Of a stretch of 64,000 nucleotides of DNA, positions 47,572 to 56,675 are shown piece by piece. Position numbers and translations under genes: made by a program. The first letter of the stretch is position 1. Each line of letters begins with the position of its first letter. The stretch lies in the NCBI GenBank assembly GCA_001820685.1, contig MHQP01000033.1, positions 42 to 64,041 on the forward strand, written 5' to 3'. This DNA is from Candidatus Sungbacteria bacterium RIFCSPLOWO2_01_FULL_47_32 (GTDB lineage: Bacteria; Patescibacteriota; Minisyncoccia; Sungbacterales; GWA2-42-14). Under the pieces are notes generated by a model. It did no database searches, was not told the origin of the DNA, and saw nothing but the letters and a program-made list of their open reading frames with translations.

Positions 47572-48444
47572 TTAGTGCAAATTATAAAGATGCTCCCGCA
47601 ACCCCTTCCCAACATCGGGATGCCGCAGACCAAAATCAACAACCGCTTTCAGAAGTCCGAGTTTGTCTCCGCAGTCATAGCGCGTTCCCTCAAATTCATA
47701 GCCGTATATCTTTTTGCCGTGTTTGAGCATTTTTTTAAACGCTTCAGTAAGTTCAAGTTCTTTTCCCGATTTATATTCCAGTCGCGATAATTCATAAAAG
47801 ACATCCGGAGTTAATATGTATTTGCCCACAATAGAAAGATCCGATGGCGCATCTTTCACGGCAGGTTTTTCAACGACGGCGTTTATGCGATATGTCCTGG
47901 TAGCAACTTTTTTTGCGTTGACAATCCCATATTTATAAACTTGTTCCATGGGAACCCTTTCAAGAGCAAATATGGGTGCCTTATATTTTTTAAAAGCGAC
48001 AATAAGCTGTTTAAGACACGGTGTCTTTGAATAAACGACGTCGTCTCCAAAAAGCACAGCGACAGGTTCATCTTTTATGAGATGAAATGCCTGAAGAAGA
48101 GCATCGCCGTTCCCGCGCGGTTCTTTTTGCCGCACGAACGCAAAATTCGCGAGAGAAGAAATTTTCCGTATCTCACGCGCAAGTTCATGCTTGCCTCGTT
48201 TCTCGAGAAAGTATTCGAGTTCAGCGGCGTTATCAAAATGGTCCTCAATAGCACGCTTGCCCCTTCCCGTTACAAAAATAATCTCATTTATTCCCGAAGC
48301 AACCGCTTCTTCAACGAGATATTGAATAACCGGCTTATCAACAATCGGAAGCATCTCCTTTGGCTGTGCTTTTGTCGCAGGAAGAAAGCGGGTTCCAAAA
48401 CCCGCAACCGGAATTATAACCTTTTTTATGTTGAGATTAGCCAA
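47572..48444 (-). CDS. galU: UTP--glucose-1-phosphate uridylyltransferase
   Basis: KVIIPVAGFGTRFLPATKAQPKEMLPIVDKPVIQYLVEEA is the canonical GalU N-terminus. The length (290 aa) is typical. Confidence 0.9.
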   Translation of the reverse strand: MANLNIKKVIIPVAGFGTRFLPATKAQPKEMLPIVDKPVIQYLVEEAVASGINEIIFVTGRGKRAIEDHFDNAAELEYFLEKRGKHELAREIRKISSLANFAFVRQKEPRGNGDALLQAFHLIKDEPVAVLFGDDVVYSKTPCLKQLIVAFKKYKAPIFALERVPMEQVYKYGIVNAKKVATRTYRINAVVEKPAVKDAPSDLSIVGKYILTPDVFYELSRLEYKSGKELELTEAFKKMLKHGKKIYGYEFEGTRYDCGDKLGLLKAVVDFGLRHPDVGKGLREHLYNLH

Positions 48445-48550
48445 GGTGTTTTACGAGGCACCACCGCTGAACAAGTCTATTTTGTTTGGACAGCAGGCAT
48501 ACCAACCTATTATCTCTACTAGATAGCTGATACCAGGTATATGCGAAAAA

Positions 48551-48595
48551 TGTCGCTTTGTCGTTTATAAGATGTCGTTTAATGGCTGTCGCTTA
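48551..48595. repeat. Four direct repeats TGTCG(C/T)TT(T/A), the last three phased at 14 bp, upstream of galU
   Basis: Repeats at 48551, 48559, 48573 and 48587. Confidence 0.3.
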
Positions 48596-48686
48596 TCCTA
48601 TTAGATGCTTAAAACAGAGTAATTTATAGCGCAATGTCTTTTGAACGATACCAACCTAACTCCAGATAAAATCATCAGAAGAAATG

Positions 48687-49541
48687 CCTCTAATGGGGTT
48701 TATATCTTTATCCTGTAAACAGCCCATCTTTTGTCACCCTCCTTTTCAATGGCATTTTGGCTAATAAGAGAGGCCAAATCCCGCTGGAGAGTCTTAATGC
48801 TGAATCTATTGGCAAATATACCGGTAAGGTCAGTAGACCGAACCTGTTGATTTGAGCGAATATGGTCGAGAATTGTCTTCTGCCGGTCATTAAAAAATTC
48901 GCTTGCTGATATGCGCTTTTCTATTCCATTTCTGTCGCTCTCCTGCATTTCTTCCTCTCTTATTGGTTCATGGCCAATTTCTACAATATTAGTGCTCCTT
49001 TTGGCGTCCTTCTTGATCTGTATAGCACTTTTCCGTTCTGTTCTTACCTGCCTTACAACATGCGGCGTATTAAGTAGCGGCTTTATGGCGATGGGCGCTT
49101 TTTGCTCAATTTTTGCTTCATTTATAAGTCCATTTGCTTCTTCCACGGCATAGTTAAATTCGCGCTCAAAAAAATTAGAAAAAAAACTATATTCCCTATC
49201 AAGAACCATAATATTAACCGGCTTTACCATACTGCTGAAACGAGCGATGCTTAGAAGGGAGCGGACTGCCTGAATTTTTGCGAGAACAGAGGAAATTGCC
49301 TCCGCCTTCTTATAGGCAGTACCGTGTTCCAGAACGGAAGACATTATTTCGTTTGCCTTTTCCCTGACCTGTCGTTTTAAAACCTCACTTTCCGGGAATA
49401 GGTCGGTTACCCTGTAGACGGCGAGGGTAAGTTCGAATATTTTTCGGTTCATTTCACTTGTCATGGTTTTTTGATAGTTAAGAGACAACACACCTCCTGA
49501 GTTTATAAAAATAAGCCAAGACCTGTCAACCCCATTAGAGG
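48687..49541. mobile_element. Cassette bounded by perfect 14-bp inverted repeats (CCTCTAATGGGGTT ... AACCCCATTAGAGG) enclosing the four-helix-bundle/wHTH gene
   Basis: The left arm at 48687-48700 overlaps the gene stop. The right arm at 49528-49541 lies 37 bp upstream of the start. A third arm-like copy CCTCTAGTGGGGT sits at 49745-49757. Confidence 0.35.
48700..49491 (-). CDS. Four-helix-bundle protein (23S-rRNA-IVS-protein family) with C-terminal winged-helix DNA-binding domain
   Basis: N-terminal KIFELTLAVYRVTDLFPESEVLKRQVREKANEIMSSVLEHG ... AISSVLAKIQAVRSLLSIAR resembles the TIGR02436 four-helix-bundle proteins. C-terminal QKTILDHIRSNQQVRSTDLTGIF...SIKTLQRDLASLISQNAIEK is HTH-like. Confidence 0.6.
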   Translation of the reverse strand: MLSLNYQKTMTSEMNRKIFELTLAVYRVTDLFPESEVLKRQVREKANEIMSSVLEHGTAYKKAEAISSVLAKIQAVRSLLSIARFSSMVKPVNIMVLDREYSFFSNFFEREFNYAVEEANGLINEAKIEQKAPIAIKPLLNTPHVVRQVRTERKSAIQIKKDAKRSTNIVEIGHEPIREEEMQESDRNGIEKRISASEFFNDRQKTILDHIRSNQQVRSTDLTGIFANRFSIKTLQRDLASLISQNAIEKEGDKRWAVYRIKI

Positions 49542-49589
49542 TTTAAAATTCTTCATACTTGTTCAAACCATTGTAAGACGAAGGCAGCT

Positions 49590-49706
49590 TCGTCCCGTTA
49601 GAAGTTCAGCCGAGACCGACCTAAAGCAAACATTATAACGCGAAATCGCCTTCGGCTGGAGTTAACACAATCACAGCAAGTCAGTCCATAACTTCTAACG
49701 GGACTT
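49590..49706. repeat. Long palindromic element: GTCCCGTTAGAAGTT (49592-49606) pairs perfectly with AACTTCTAACGGGAC (49690-49704)
   Basis: The 15-bp perfect inverted arms also hold a nested CAGCCGA/TCGGCTG stem and a GCGAAATCGC mini-hairpin that is conserved (GCGAAGTCGC) in the 42.6-kb copy. Confidence 0.5.
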
Positions 49707-49770
49707 CGCCTATTGTTTTCTCTCACAAGAAATGCGTGGGCGACCTCTAGTGGGGTCAACTCTATACCCC

Positions 49771-49807
49771 AAAAACAAACCTCCCTCAGCGTCAAGCGCT
49801 GAGGGAG
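49771..49807 (-). terminator. Rho-independent terminator of clpB
   Basis: On the minus strand an 11-bp perfect stem CTCCCTCAGCG-CTTGA-CGCTGAGGGAG is followed by GTTTGTTTTT. Confidence 0.65.
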
Positions 49808-49824
49808 ATGCCAAAACCAACACG

Positions 49825-52533
49825 TCAAATCCGCGCGAGTTCCTTTTTCTTTCCTTTTCCACCCTCCCCTTTTATGGCTTTTATCTCTGAAGAACTCTTC
49901 AGGAATGCAACTTCCCCGCCCCGAGCATCGCATACCACCTCGTCACCCTCCTTCATACGGCCCGAAACAATTTCTTCGGCAAGGCGGTTTAAGACATACG
50001 TTTGTATCGCGCGCTTTACCGGACGCGCTCCGTAGCGTTCGTCGTATCCCTTTTCCTGAATATACTTTTTAAGGGCATCGCTGAATGAAAGAGCAATGCC
50101 TTTTTCTCCCATGCGTACCCGGACCTTATCCAAGTGCTGTTCAACAATCCTCGCTATGACCTTCGGGTTGAGGCTGTTGAAAATAATAACTTCGTCAAGG
50201 CGGTTCAGAAACTCCGGTCGGAACCTTCTTTCAAGAGATTTTCGTATCTTTTCTTTGAGTTCTTCTTCCTTATTCTCCCGAGACTCTTCTACGCCATCGG
50301 CAAATCCGAGGCGGGCTATCTCCTGCATAAATTCGCTCCCCACATTCGATGTCATGATGATAATTGTATTCTTGAAGTTTACCGTTCTTCCTTTTGCATC
50401 GGTCAGACGCCCGTTATCGAGTATCTGAAGCATGACATTGAATATCTCCGGATGAGCTTTTTCTATCTCATCAAAGAGAATAACGGAATAGGGCCGATGC
50501 TTTATCTTTTCGGTAAGCTGGCCTCCTTCTTCATATCCGACATATCCTGCCGGAGCTCCGATGAATTTCGCAACGGTATGCCGCTCCATATATTCGGACA
50601 TGTCGAAACGGATGAGCGACTTTTCGTCGTTGAACATGAATTCGGCAAGCACTTTTGCAAGCTCGGTTTTTCCAACCCCCGTAGGCCCTAAAAACATGAG
50701 GGACGCAATGGGACGGTCCTCATCCTGAATTCCGGCCCGAGAACGCCGCACCGCGTGCGCTACTTTTGAAATTGCTTCAGCCTGACCGATAACGCGGTTT
50801 GAGAGGACTTCTTCAAGACGCATGAGTTTTTTTGACTCTGCTTCAAGCATTCGCGTTACGGGAATATGCGTCCACCGCGCAACAACCTGCGCAATCTCTT
50901 CCTCCCCAACCTCTTCCCTTAGGAGCTTCCTGCTGGATTGCATTTTCTTCAATTGGTTCTCAAGTTGGATAAGTTTTTTTTCAGAGGTGGGAACAATACC
51001 ATACCGAATCTCCGCAACGCGTTCGAAATTCCCCTCACGTTCCGCCCGTTCGACTTCCTGGGAAAGAATATTCATCTGCTTTTTCATTTCGCCTATCTGA
51101 TTTATAAAATCGCGTTCTTCCTTCCACCTTGAGCTTACTTTATCAAATTTTGCCCTTTCTACGGTTATTTGCTTATCAAGCGTTTTTAAGCGGCTTTTTC
51201 CGTCCTTCTGCGGCTTTTTTGGAGCTGTTTCCTGTTTAAGCGCTTCCCGCTCTATCTCGAGATGTGAAAGATTTTTCTTTACTTCCTCAACCTCTTTCGG
51301 CAAAGAATCCATATCAAGCCTCAAGGAAGACGCGGCCTCGTCAATGAGGTCAACTGCCTTATCGGGCAAAAATCGATCAGTAATATAACGGCTTGAAAGA
51401 TGTGAGGCCGCAATAATTGCCGGATCTGTAATGCGAATGCCGTGGTGAACCTCATATTTATGCTTCAGGCCGCGCAAAATCGCTATTGTATCCTCTACTG
51501 TCGGCTCATCCACATATACCGGCTGAAAGCGCCGAGCGAGGGCAGTATCTCTTTCTATATACTTGTGGTATTCCTTTAGGGTCGTTGCCCCAATAGCGCG
51601 AAGTTCCCCGCGCGCAAGAGCCGGTTTTAGCATATTTGACGCATCAATGGCTCCTTCTGCGGCACCCGCACCAACAATTGTATGCAATTCGTCAATAAAA
51701 ATGATGTATTTGCCATTAGAACGCTCAAGCTCTCTTAAAATTGCTTTCAGGCGGTCTTCAAACTCTCCGCGATACTTTGTTCCGGCAACCAAAGAGCCGA
51801 TATCCAGTGAAATAAGGTCCTTTTCTTTCAACGGTTCGGGAACATTCCCTGAAATAATGCGCTGGGCAAGACCCTCGACAATTGCAGTTTTTCCAACTCC
51901 GGCTTCCCCAATAAGAACGGGGTTGTTCTTTGTTCTCCGCGATAAAACCTGCATAACTCTGCGGATCTCGTCATCCCGCCCGATAACTGGGTCAAGCCTT
52001 TCCTCTCTCGCAAGCTTGGTCAGATTCCTCGCATACTTTTCCAAAACATTGTATTTTGCCTCCGGCTCCGGATCGGTCACCCGCTGAGAACCCCGAAGAG
52101 ACGCAAGCGTTTTCAGGATATTTTCATGCGTAAGGCTCATTTCCACCAACATATCTTTTGTTTTTGTTGGAACTTCCGCAAGCGCCAAAAAAAGATGTTC
52201 TGTTGAAATAAATTCATCTTTGAGCTGTTGGGCTTCTTTATTCGCCTGCTCCATAACTTTCGCAAGGTCTTGAGAAAGATAAAGCGAAATAACCGGAGAA
52301 AGGGCATTTACCCGGGGAAAGTTATCGAGTTTTTGCAAAAGTTTGTCTATAAGAGTTGAAACGTTTACTTCCAGCTTTTCAAGAATTCCCTGGACTGTGC
52401 CCTCCTCCTGCAAAACAAGAGCGGTTACAAGATGAATCGGCTCTATCTGCTGATGAGACCGCTCAATCGCAAGGTCATGCGATTTTTTCAGCGCCTCTTG
52501 AGCTTTAATTGTAAAGTTGTTGAATGGTGTCAT
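49825..52533 (-). CDS. clpB: ATP-dependent chaperone ClpB (two AAA+ modules with middle coiled-coil domain)
   Basis: Clp_N repeats, NBD1 Walker [16 protein letters not shown], a long M-domain coiled coil, NBD2 Walker [16 protein letters not shown], and the sensor-2 region. Confidence 0.92.
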   Translation of the reverse strand: MTPFNNFTIKAQEALKKSHDLAIERSHQQIEPIHLVTALVLQEEGTVQGILEKLEVNVSTLIDKLLQKLDNFPRVNALSPVISLYLSQDLAKVMEQANKEAQQLKDEFISTEHLFLALAEVPTKTKDMLVEMSLTHENILKTLASLRGSQRVTDPEPEAKYNVLEKYARNLTKLAREERLDPVIGRDDEIRRVMQVLSRRTKNNPVLIGEAGVGKTAIVEGLAQRIISGNVPEPLKEKDLISLDIGSLVAGTKYRGEFEDRLKAILRELERSNGKYIIFIDELHTIVGAGAAEGAIDASNMLKPALARGELRAIGATTLKEYHKYIERDTALARRFQPVYVDEPTVEDTIAILRGLKHKYEVHHGIRITDPAIIAASHLSSRYITDRFLPDKAVDLIDEAASSLRLDMDSLPKEVEEVKKNLSHLEIEREALKQETAPKKPQKDGKSRLKTLDKQITVERAKFDKVSSRWKEERDFINQIGEMKKQMNILSQEVERAEREGNFERVAEIRYGIVPTSEKKLIQLENQLKKMQSSRKLLREEVGEEEIAQVVARWTHIPVTRMLEAESKKLMRLEEVLSNRVIGQAEAISKVAHAVRRSRAGIQDEDRPIASLMFLGPTGVGKTELAKVLAEFMFNDEKSLIRFDMSEYMERHTVAKFIGAPAGYVGYEEGGQLTEKIKHRPYSVILFDEIEKAHPEIFNVMLQILDNGRLTDAKGRTVNFKNTIIIMTSNVGSEFMQEIARLGFADGVEESRENKEEELKEKIRKSLERRFRPEFLNRLDEVIIFNSLNPKVIARIVEQHLDKVRVRMGEKGIALSFSDALKKYIQEKGYDERYGARPVKRAIQTYVLNRLAEEIVSGRMKEGDEVVCDARGGEVAFLKSSSEIKAIKGEGGKGKKKELARI

Positions 52534-52662
52534 GATAGTTTGTCTAATCTTAAATTTTAAATTATGAATGCTCCGCGCACAGAATGTCGTTTATGCCTAA
52601 ACGACAATTTTGCAAATCACAGAGCCTCGTAAATACGAAACTTAATCGAATTATCTATCTTT

Positions 52663-52686
52663 ATTATATCAAATTTTGCCTGTCAA
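52663..52686 (-). promoter_or_regulatory. Extended -10 promoter (TGATATAAT) upstream of clpB
   Basis: Minus-strand TGnTATAAT (plus 52663-52671) with TTGACA only 12 bp upstream. The ~120-nt leader contains hairpin GTCGTTTA-GGCA-TAAACGAC (52596-52615). Confidence 0.35.
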
Positions 52687-52865
52687 TAATAGAACGCCGT
52701 GCGGAAAGGATTTGTTTTTATACTACGTATCTATTTTGTTAATAGTGGGTACGGAATAGGATTCTTTGCGATATTCTTATATTACAGCACTCTATGCTTC
52801 CGACGCGGAAAGAATACATTGAGCGCAATATATTCAATATATTGTGCGCTAAGAAAAGTCCCGCA

Positions 52866-53447
52866 TTAGCGCGGGATACGAACTGGAGCCGGCTGAAGCG
52901 ACCCGCTAACGGACAACTCTTTAATCCGTTCGATACTAGTATTTTTGAATTTTTCAAACATTGATTTTGCCGGAGGCATGGGGTCACAGCACCTAAAAAT
53001 CATCATGAACAAGACCAGCATAAAATTGCATGAGAGTATCAGGAAATAAGGAGACCAAACACGTGGGGCAGTAAATCTATAAAAAAGGAATGATGTGCTA
53101 CAGACAAGGAGAGAACACCCGATGAGCATTGTGCAGAATTCTGCCCTAAGTTTTAAGATATTTGCCAGGCCGGGCTTCCGCCAAACTTCATCCTCCCTAT
53201 TCTTGATATCTTTCAGATATCCGGGAACCCCGAGGGCTATGGGTAGATTCAAAACAACTAACCCTAAAGCGGCGGCGAAATGCTCATACAAAAGCAGCAT
53301 TACTGTCCCAAAAGCACAGCCGAGCACATAGGAAGCAAGACATGCCCTGGCAAGCCAAAAGCAATCACGCCCAAACATCTTTTGGAACTTATGGCTGAAT
53401 TTTTCAAAGCGCTCTATTACCCAAAGCCCAAATGCGTGCATATGCAC
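52866..53447 (-). CDS. Hypothetical membrane protein (193 aa)
   Basis: 4 predicted TM helices. The hairpin TCCCGCG/CGCGGGA with T-tract (52850-52877) overlaps its stop. Confidence 0.4.
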   Translation of the reverse strand: MHMHAFGLWVIERFEKFSHKFQKMFGRDCFWLARACLASYVLGCAFGTVMLLLYEHFAAALGLVVLNLPIALGVPGYLKDIKNREDEVWRKPGLANILKLRAEFCTMLIGCSLLVCSTSFLFYRFTAPRVWSPYFLILSCNFMLVLFMMIFRCCDPMPPAKSMFEKFKNTSIERIKELSVSGSLQPAPVRIPR

Positions 53448-53732
53448 CTCCTTTTTGGCTCTGATAATGCTATATTAGCATATTTTTAAATTTGTGTCAA
53501 TTTTGTGCTTTTATAAAAGAAAAACCCGAACGAAGGATATTTTCATGCGGGACTTTTGTTCGCGCCCTTAGATGGTTTTTTAAGGGAACTGATAAGATAA
53601 AACGCTGCAAGTGCCATAATGACACCCCAGGCAAGATCGACCTCCCTGGGTCACGAAAACTCTCCGATTTTTAAAAGAACTTTAACTATTCACAAATTTG
53701 TACCACAGACGATAAATACAAACAAGAGCACT

Positions 53733-53752
53733 AAAAAAGGGGCTCCCGCCCT
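53733..53752 (-). terminator. Terminator (AGGGC-GGGA-GCCCT then T6) downstream of the DUF192 gene
   Basis: GC stem with a tetraloop followed by TTTTTT on the minus strand. Confidence 0.45.
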
Positions 53753-53778
53753 CTTTTACGTCAACTGCGAATATTTTT

Positions 53779-54246
53779 TTATTTGTTATATATAACCGCG
53801 TCCCCGATTGTGATGTTGTTTGCATCCGAAAAACCCGCAGAAACCTCGAGAACATATTGGACAGGGAATGAAGGTTGAAAATGCCCCGGATACGATTCGG
53901 GCAAGGCGCGTTTTGTAATATCAACGACCCGCCAATCCTCTCCTATCCATATCATGTCAAGCGGAAACCGCATGTCCTTCATCCAAAATGAATAGCGCGC
54001 CGGGCTCGTAAATATAAAGAGCATCCCCTCGCCCTTCCCGAGCGGGTTATGCCCGGAAAGCCCTTGGCGGGATTTTTCGGGAGTATCCGCAAGTTCAACA
54101 CGGACGGTCTTCCCGCGGATCTCAAGCGTAGCGCTCGTATAACTGCTCTGTTGCGGTTTTTCTATCATAGAAATTACTGAAACATAGAATACCGCAATGA
54201 CGCAAGCGGCCGTTACGATATAACCGATTATTTTTTTCTTACTCAT
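53779..54246 (-). CDS. DUF192-family protein (secreted, N-terminal TM anchor)
   Basis: ADTPEKSRQGLSGH...GMLFIF...FWMKDMRFPLDMIWI...YVLEVSAGF matches the DUF192 conserved blocks. Confidence 0.7.
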   Translation of the reverse strand: MSKKKIIGYIVTAACVIAVFYVSVISMIEKPQQSSYTSATLEIRGKTVRVELADTPEKSRQGLSGHNPLGKGEGMLFIFTSPARYSFWMKDMRFPLDMIWIGEDWRVVDITKRALPESYPGHFQPSFPVQYVLEVSAGFSDANNITIGDAVIYNK

Positions 54247-54259
54247 ATGCGTGAACAGA

Positions 54260-54829
54260 TTATTCCGAAACCTCAGCGATAAGTTTTTCTGTAAGTTCTT
54301 GCGGGAGACCCATTATAGTCCCCCTCTCTCCTTTGACGGAAGCGACATAAGGCGCGATCAGGGGATCTTCAATGGCAAATCCTCCGGCAAATCCAAAAAC
54401 ATCTGCCCGCCGAATGAGATTTTCGATATTTTCCTCCGGGATCTTCAGAAAAAAGACGCGCGCTTCATCTACGCCTCCGGCTCTTTTTTTTGTTTCCGTG
54501 TTTGTTACAACAACGGCGCTATAGACGAACGAAGGGTGTTCGGAGGCGGTTTCCAAAAAAAATCGTGCCTCTTTTGCATCAACCGGTTTTTCACGAAGTG
54601 TCCCATCCCATGTAACAACCGTATCGGCGGTAATAAGAATGCACGACCCCTGAAGCCGTTTGCAAAGCGAGTCGCTTTTTGCCATCGCAAGAGCTAGCGC
54701 AAGCTCCTTTGGACCGCTTCTCCTGATGGACCGTTCGTCAATATCAGAAGAAATAACTTCGAACGCATACCCCATAGCCATAAAAATGTCCTTTCGCTGT
54801 TTTGAAGATGAACCAAGCACTATTTTCAT
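54260..54829 (-). CDS. maf: Maf-family nucleoside-triphosphate pyrophosphatase
   Basis: IVLGSSSKQRKDIF (the LASxSPRR-type start) and C-terminal ERGTIMGLPQEL. Confidence 0.75.
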   Translation of the reverse strand: MKIVLGSSSKQRKDIFMAMGYAFEVISSDIDERSIRRSGPKELALALAMAKSDSLCKRLQGSCILITADTVVTWDGTLREKPVDAKEARFFLETASEHPSFVYSAVVVTNTETKKRAGGVDEARVFFLKIPEENIENLIRRADVFGFAGGFAIEDPLIAPYVASVKGERGTIMGLPQELTEKLIAEVSE

Positions 54830-55110
54830 ACGTGAAGAAACTTTCCTTCATTCATAATAGTAGGCCAAAACCGGAAAAACGGCAAAGAGAAAACCGCCCT
54901 AACGGCCGCCGGAGCGATTCCTATTTTGCAAGAAAATTAGAGTTGTGCGCCAACACTTTCCGTTCCCAAATCGCCGGAGTTTCTTTCAGCGCGACACGCT
55001 TTGCATTCTGTGACACTTATACAACTAAGACGAATGAACAGTTTTTTCTTACGCTTGTTATAACTTAAAAATATGGTCTCTGACTAAAAGCCTGCCGGAC
55101 ATGCTCCACC

Positions 55111-56373
55111 CTACGTCATCCCCAGTATGCGGGCATAAGGCCTATAAAAAGTAATGAACACCATGCCGGAGAGTATGATGACCAGAGAGGCAACGACAAT
55201 GGGGGTTTCGGGGGTCAGACGAGCCGCAATAAAGCCGGAGAGGATCGGCGGAATTGAATACGCCAACGCCTGTACGCTTGCATTAATACCCAAAACCTCT
55301 CCCTGAATGGACGAGTCAGAAGATTTACTGATAAGTCCTGTGATATTTGAGAACGAAAGACCGTTTGCCATCGCATAGAGCGGCGCAACAAAAAGAAGCC
55401 CCCACCAGTGGTCCGGCAGAAAAAATAACATCATCAAGATGCCAGCAGCAAACAGACTTACGCGAAGTATTTGATATTCGCGAAACCGCCGCGCGGCAAG
55501 ACGCACGACTACGATATGAGAAAATGCTATCCAGACACCGACATACGCAAACCAGTCTCCGATGTTGCCCTGCGTAAAGCCGAATTTATTTATGAGAAAG
55601 ACCGAAAAAAAAGTCGCATAAAAAGCAAACCCTCCTTGAAACAGAAAGGAAGTAAGAAAAAGCGGCCGAAGACTTCTGAAGTTGAGTGCCTTGATGATGT
55701 TACCTGTTGCCTTGGCCCAAACGATATCCCGCGAATAAGTCGGAGTAGCGTGCGTTTCTTTTAAAAAGAAAAAAAGCGACACGACATTAAGGAAACTTAG
55801 GACAGAGGCAAACCAAAAAGGGGTCGTCGCGGAAAACCATGAAACGACGGAAGGGTCGGAAAGTTTTCCCCCAAGATAGGGTCCGATAATAAACCCGCAA
55901 CCAAAAGCAGCCCCGATGAGACCGAAATTTTTTGTGCGATCCTGCGGAAGCGTTACGTCGGCAATTGAAGCTTGCGCTACGGAAATATTTCCTCCAGTAA
56001 TGCCATCAAATGCGCGCGCAATAAAAAGAAGCGGAATGCTCTGGAGCAGTATTCCGTACCCGAAAAGAATATAGGAAAGACATGTTCCAAAAAGAGCTAT
56101 GGCAAGTATCTTTTTTCTGCCATAAGCGTCCGAAAGCTGCCCGAGGATTGGGGCTGCGATGAACTGAGCAAGCGGAAATACCCCGAGAAGAAATCCGAGC
56201 AGAATATATCCGGTTGAGACCGGTATTCCCCCAGAAAGCAGATAATATGGAGAAGCGGGATTCGCAAGAAGCTGGGGAACGACCGGGATAAGGATGCCGA
56301 AACCAAGAAGGTCGACAAAAATCGTAAAAATCAGGATAGGAAGGGGGTTAGTTACGCGTTCACGCAGTTTCAT
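55111..56373 (-). CDS. MFS transporter (drug:H+ antiporter-like)
   Basis: 12 TM helices and the motif-A-like GQLSDAYGRKKILAIAL. Confidence 0.8.
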   Translation of the reverse strand: MKLRERVTNPLPILIFTIFVDLLGFGILIPVVPQLLANPASPYYLLSGGIPVSTGYILLGFLLGVFPLAQFIAAPILGQLSDAYGRKKILAIALFGTCLSYILFGYGILLQSIPLLFIARAFDGITGGNISVAQASIADVTLPQDRTKNFGLIGAAFGCGFIIGPYLGGKLSDPSVVSWFSATTPFWFASVLSFLNVVSLFFFLKETHATPTYSRDIVWAKATGNIIKALNFRSLRPLFLTSFLFQGGFAFYATFFSVFLINKFGFTQGNIGDWFAYVGVWIAFSHIVVVRLAARRFREYQILRVSLFAAGILMMLFFLPDHWWGLLFVAPLYAMANGLSFSNITGLISKSSDSSIQGEVLGINASVQALAYSIPPILSGFIAARLTPETPIVVASLVIILSGMVFITFYRPYARILGMT

Positions 56374-56590
56374 CGGCTAGATTTGAATTTTTACAAGTCG
56401 CCAGCATTTTTATTGTTGTGGTTTTTCCAGCGCCATTAGGCCCGAGAAACGCAAATATCTCTCCTGCCCGAACGGAGAACAAGATCGAATCAACGGCGCT
56501 AAATTCGTCGAAGGTTTTTGTTAAATTTTGAACGGATATAATATCATTTTTTTCTTCCATACGCATCCTTACCAAATGGCTGTTCTTCAT
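56360..56590 (-). pseudogene. ABC-transporter ATPase N-terminal remnant (76 aa, ends right after Walker A)
   Basis: ISVQNLTKTFDEF...GEIFAFLGPNGAGKTTTIKML then terminates. The rest of the ATPase is absent and the MFS gene begins 14 nt before its stop. Confidence 0.45.
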
Positions 56591-56675
56591 TATATCATAT
56601 TTTTATCGCTGAATGAACCGCCAAAAAAATGTTTACCGGCCTTTCATTCTTTCGCAAATCAGCTACACTAAAGCA

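Noticed and set aside
47555-47580. ACAACCCGGGCTTAGTGC resembles the 3' P4 strand of bacterial RNase P RNA (ACAGAACCCGGCTTA)
   Set aside because: No matching 5' P4 strand (GGAAAGTCCGGGC) or other universally conserved RNase P blocks are upstream. The region is very AT-rich, and the match lies at the end of the galU coding sequence.
52780-52860. Imperfect palindrome near clpB considered as a CIRCE (HrcA) operator
   Set aside because: At most 6/9 matches per half to TTAGCACTC-N9-GAGTGCTAA, and the spacing is wrong. It lies about 290 bp upstream of the start, behind a promoter.
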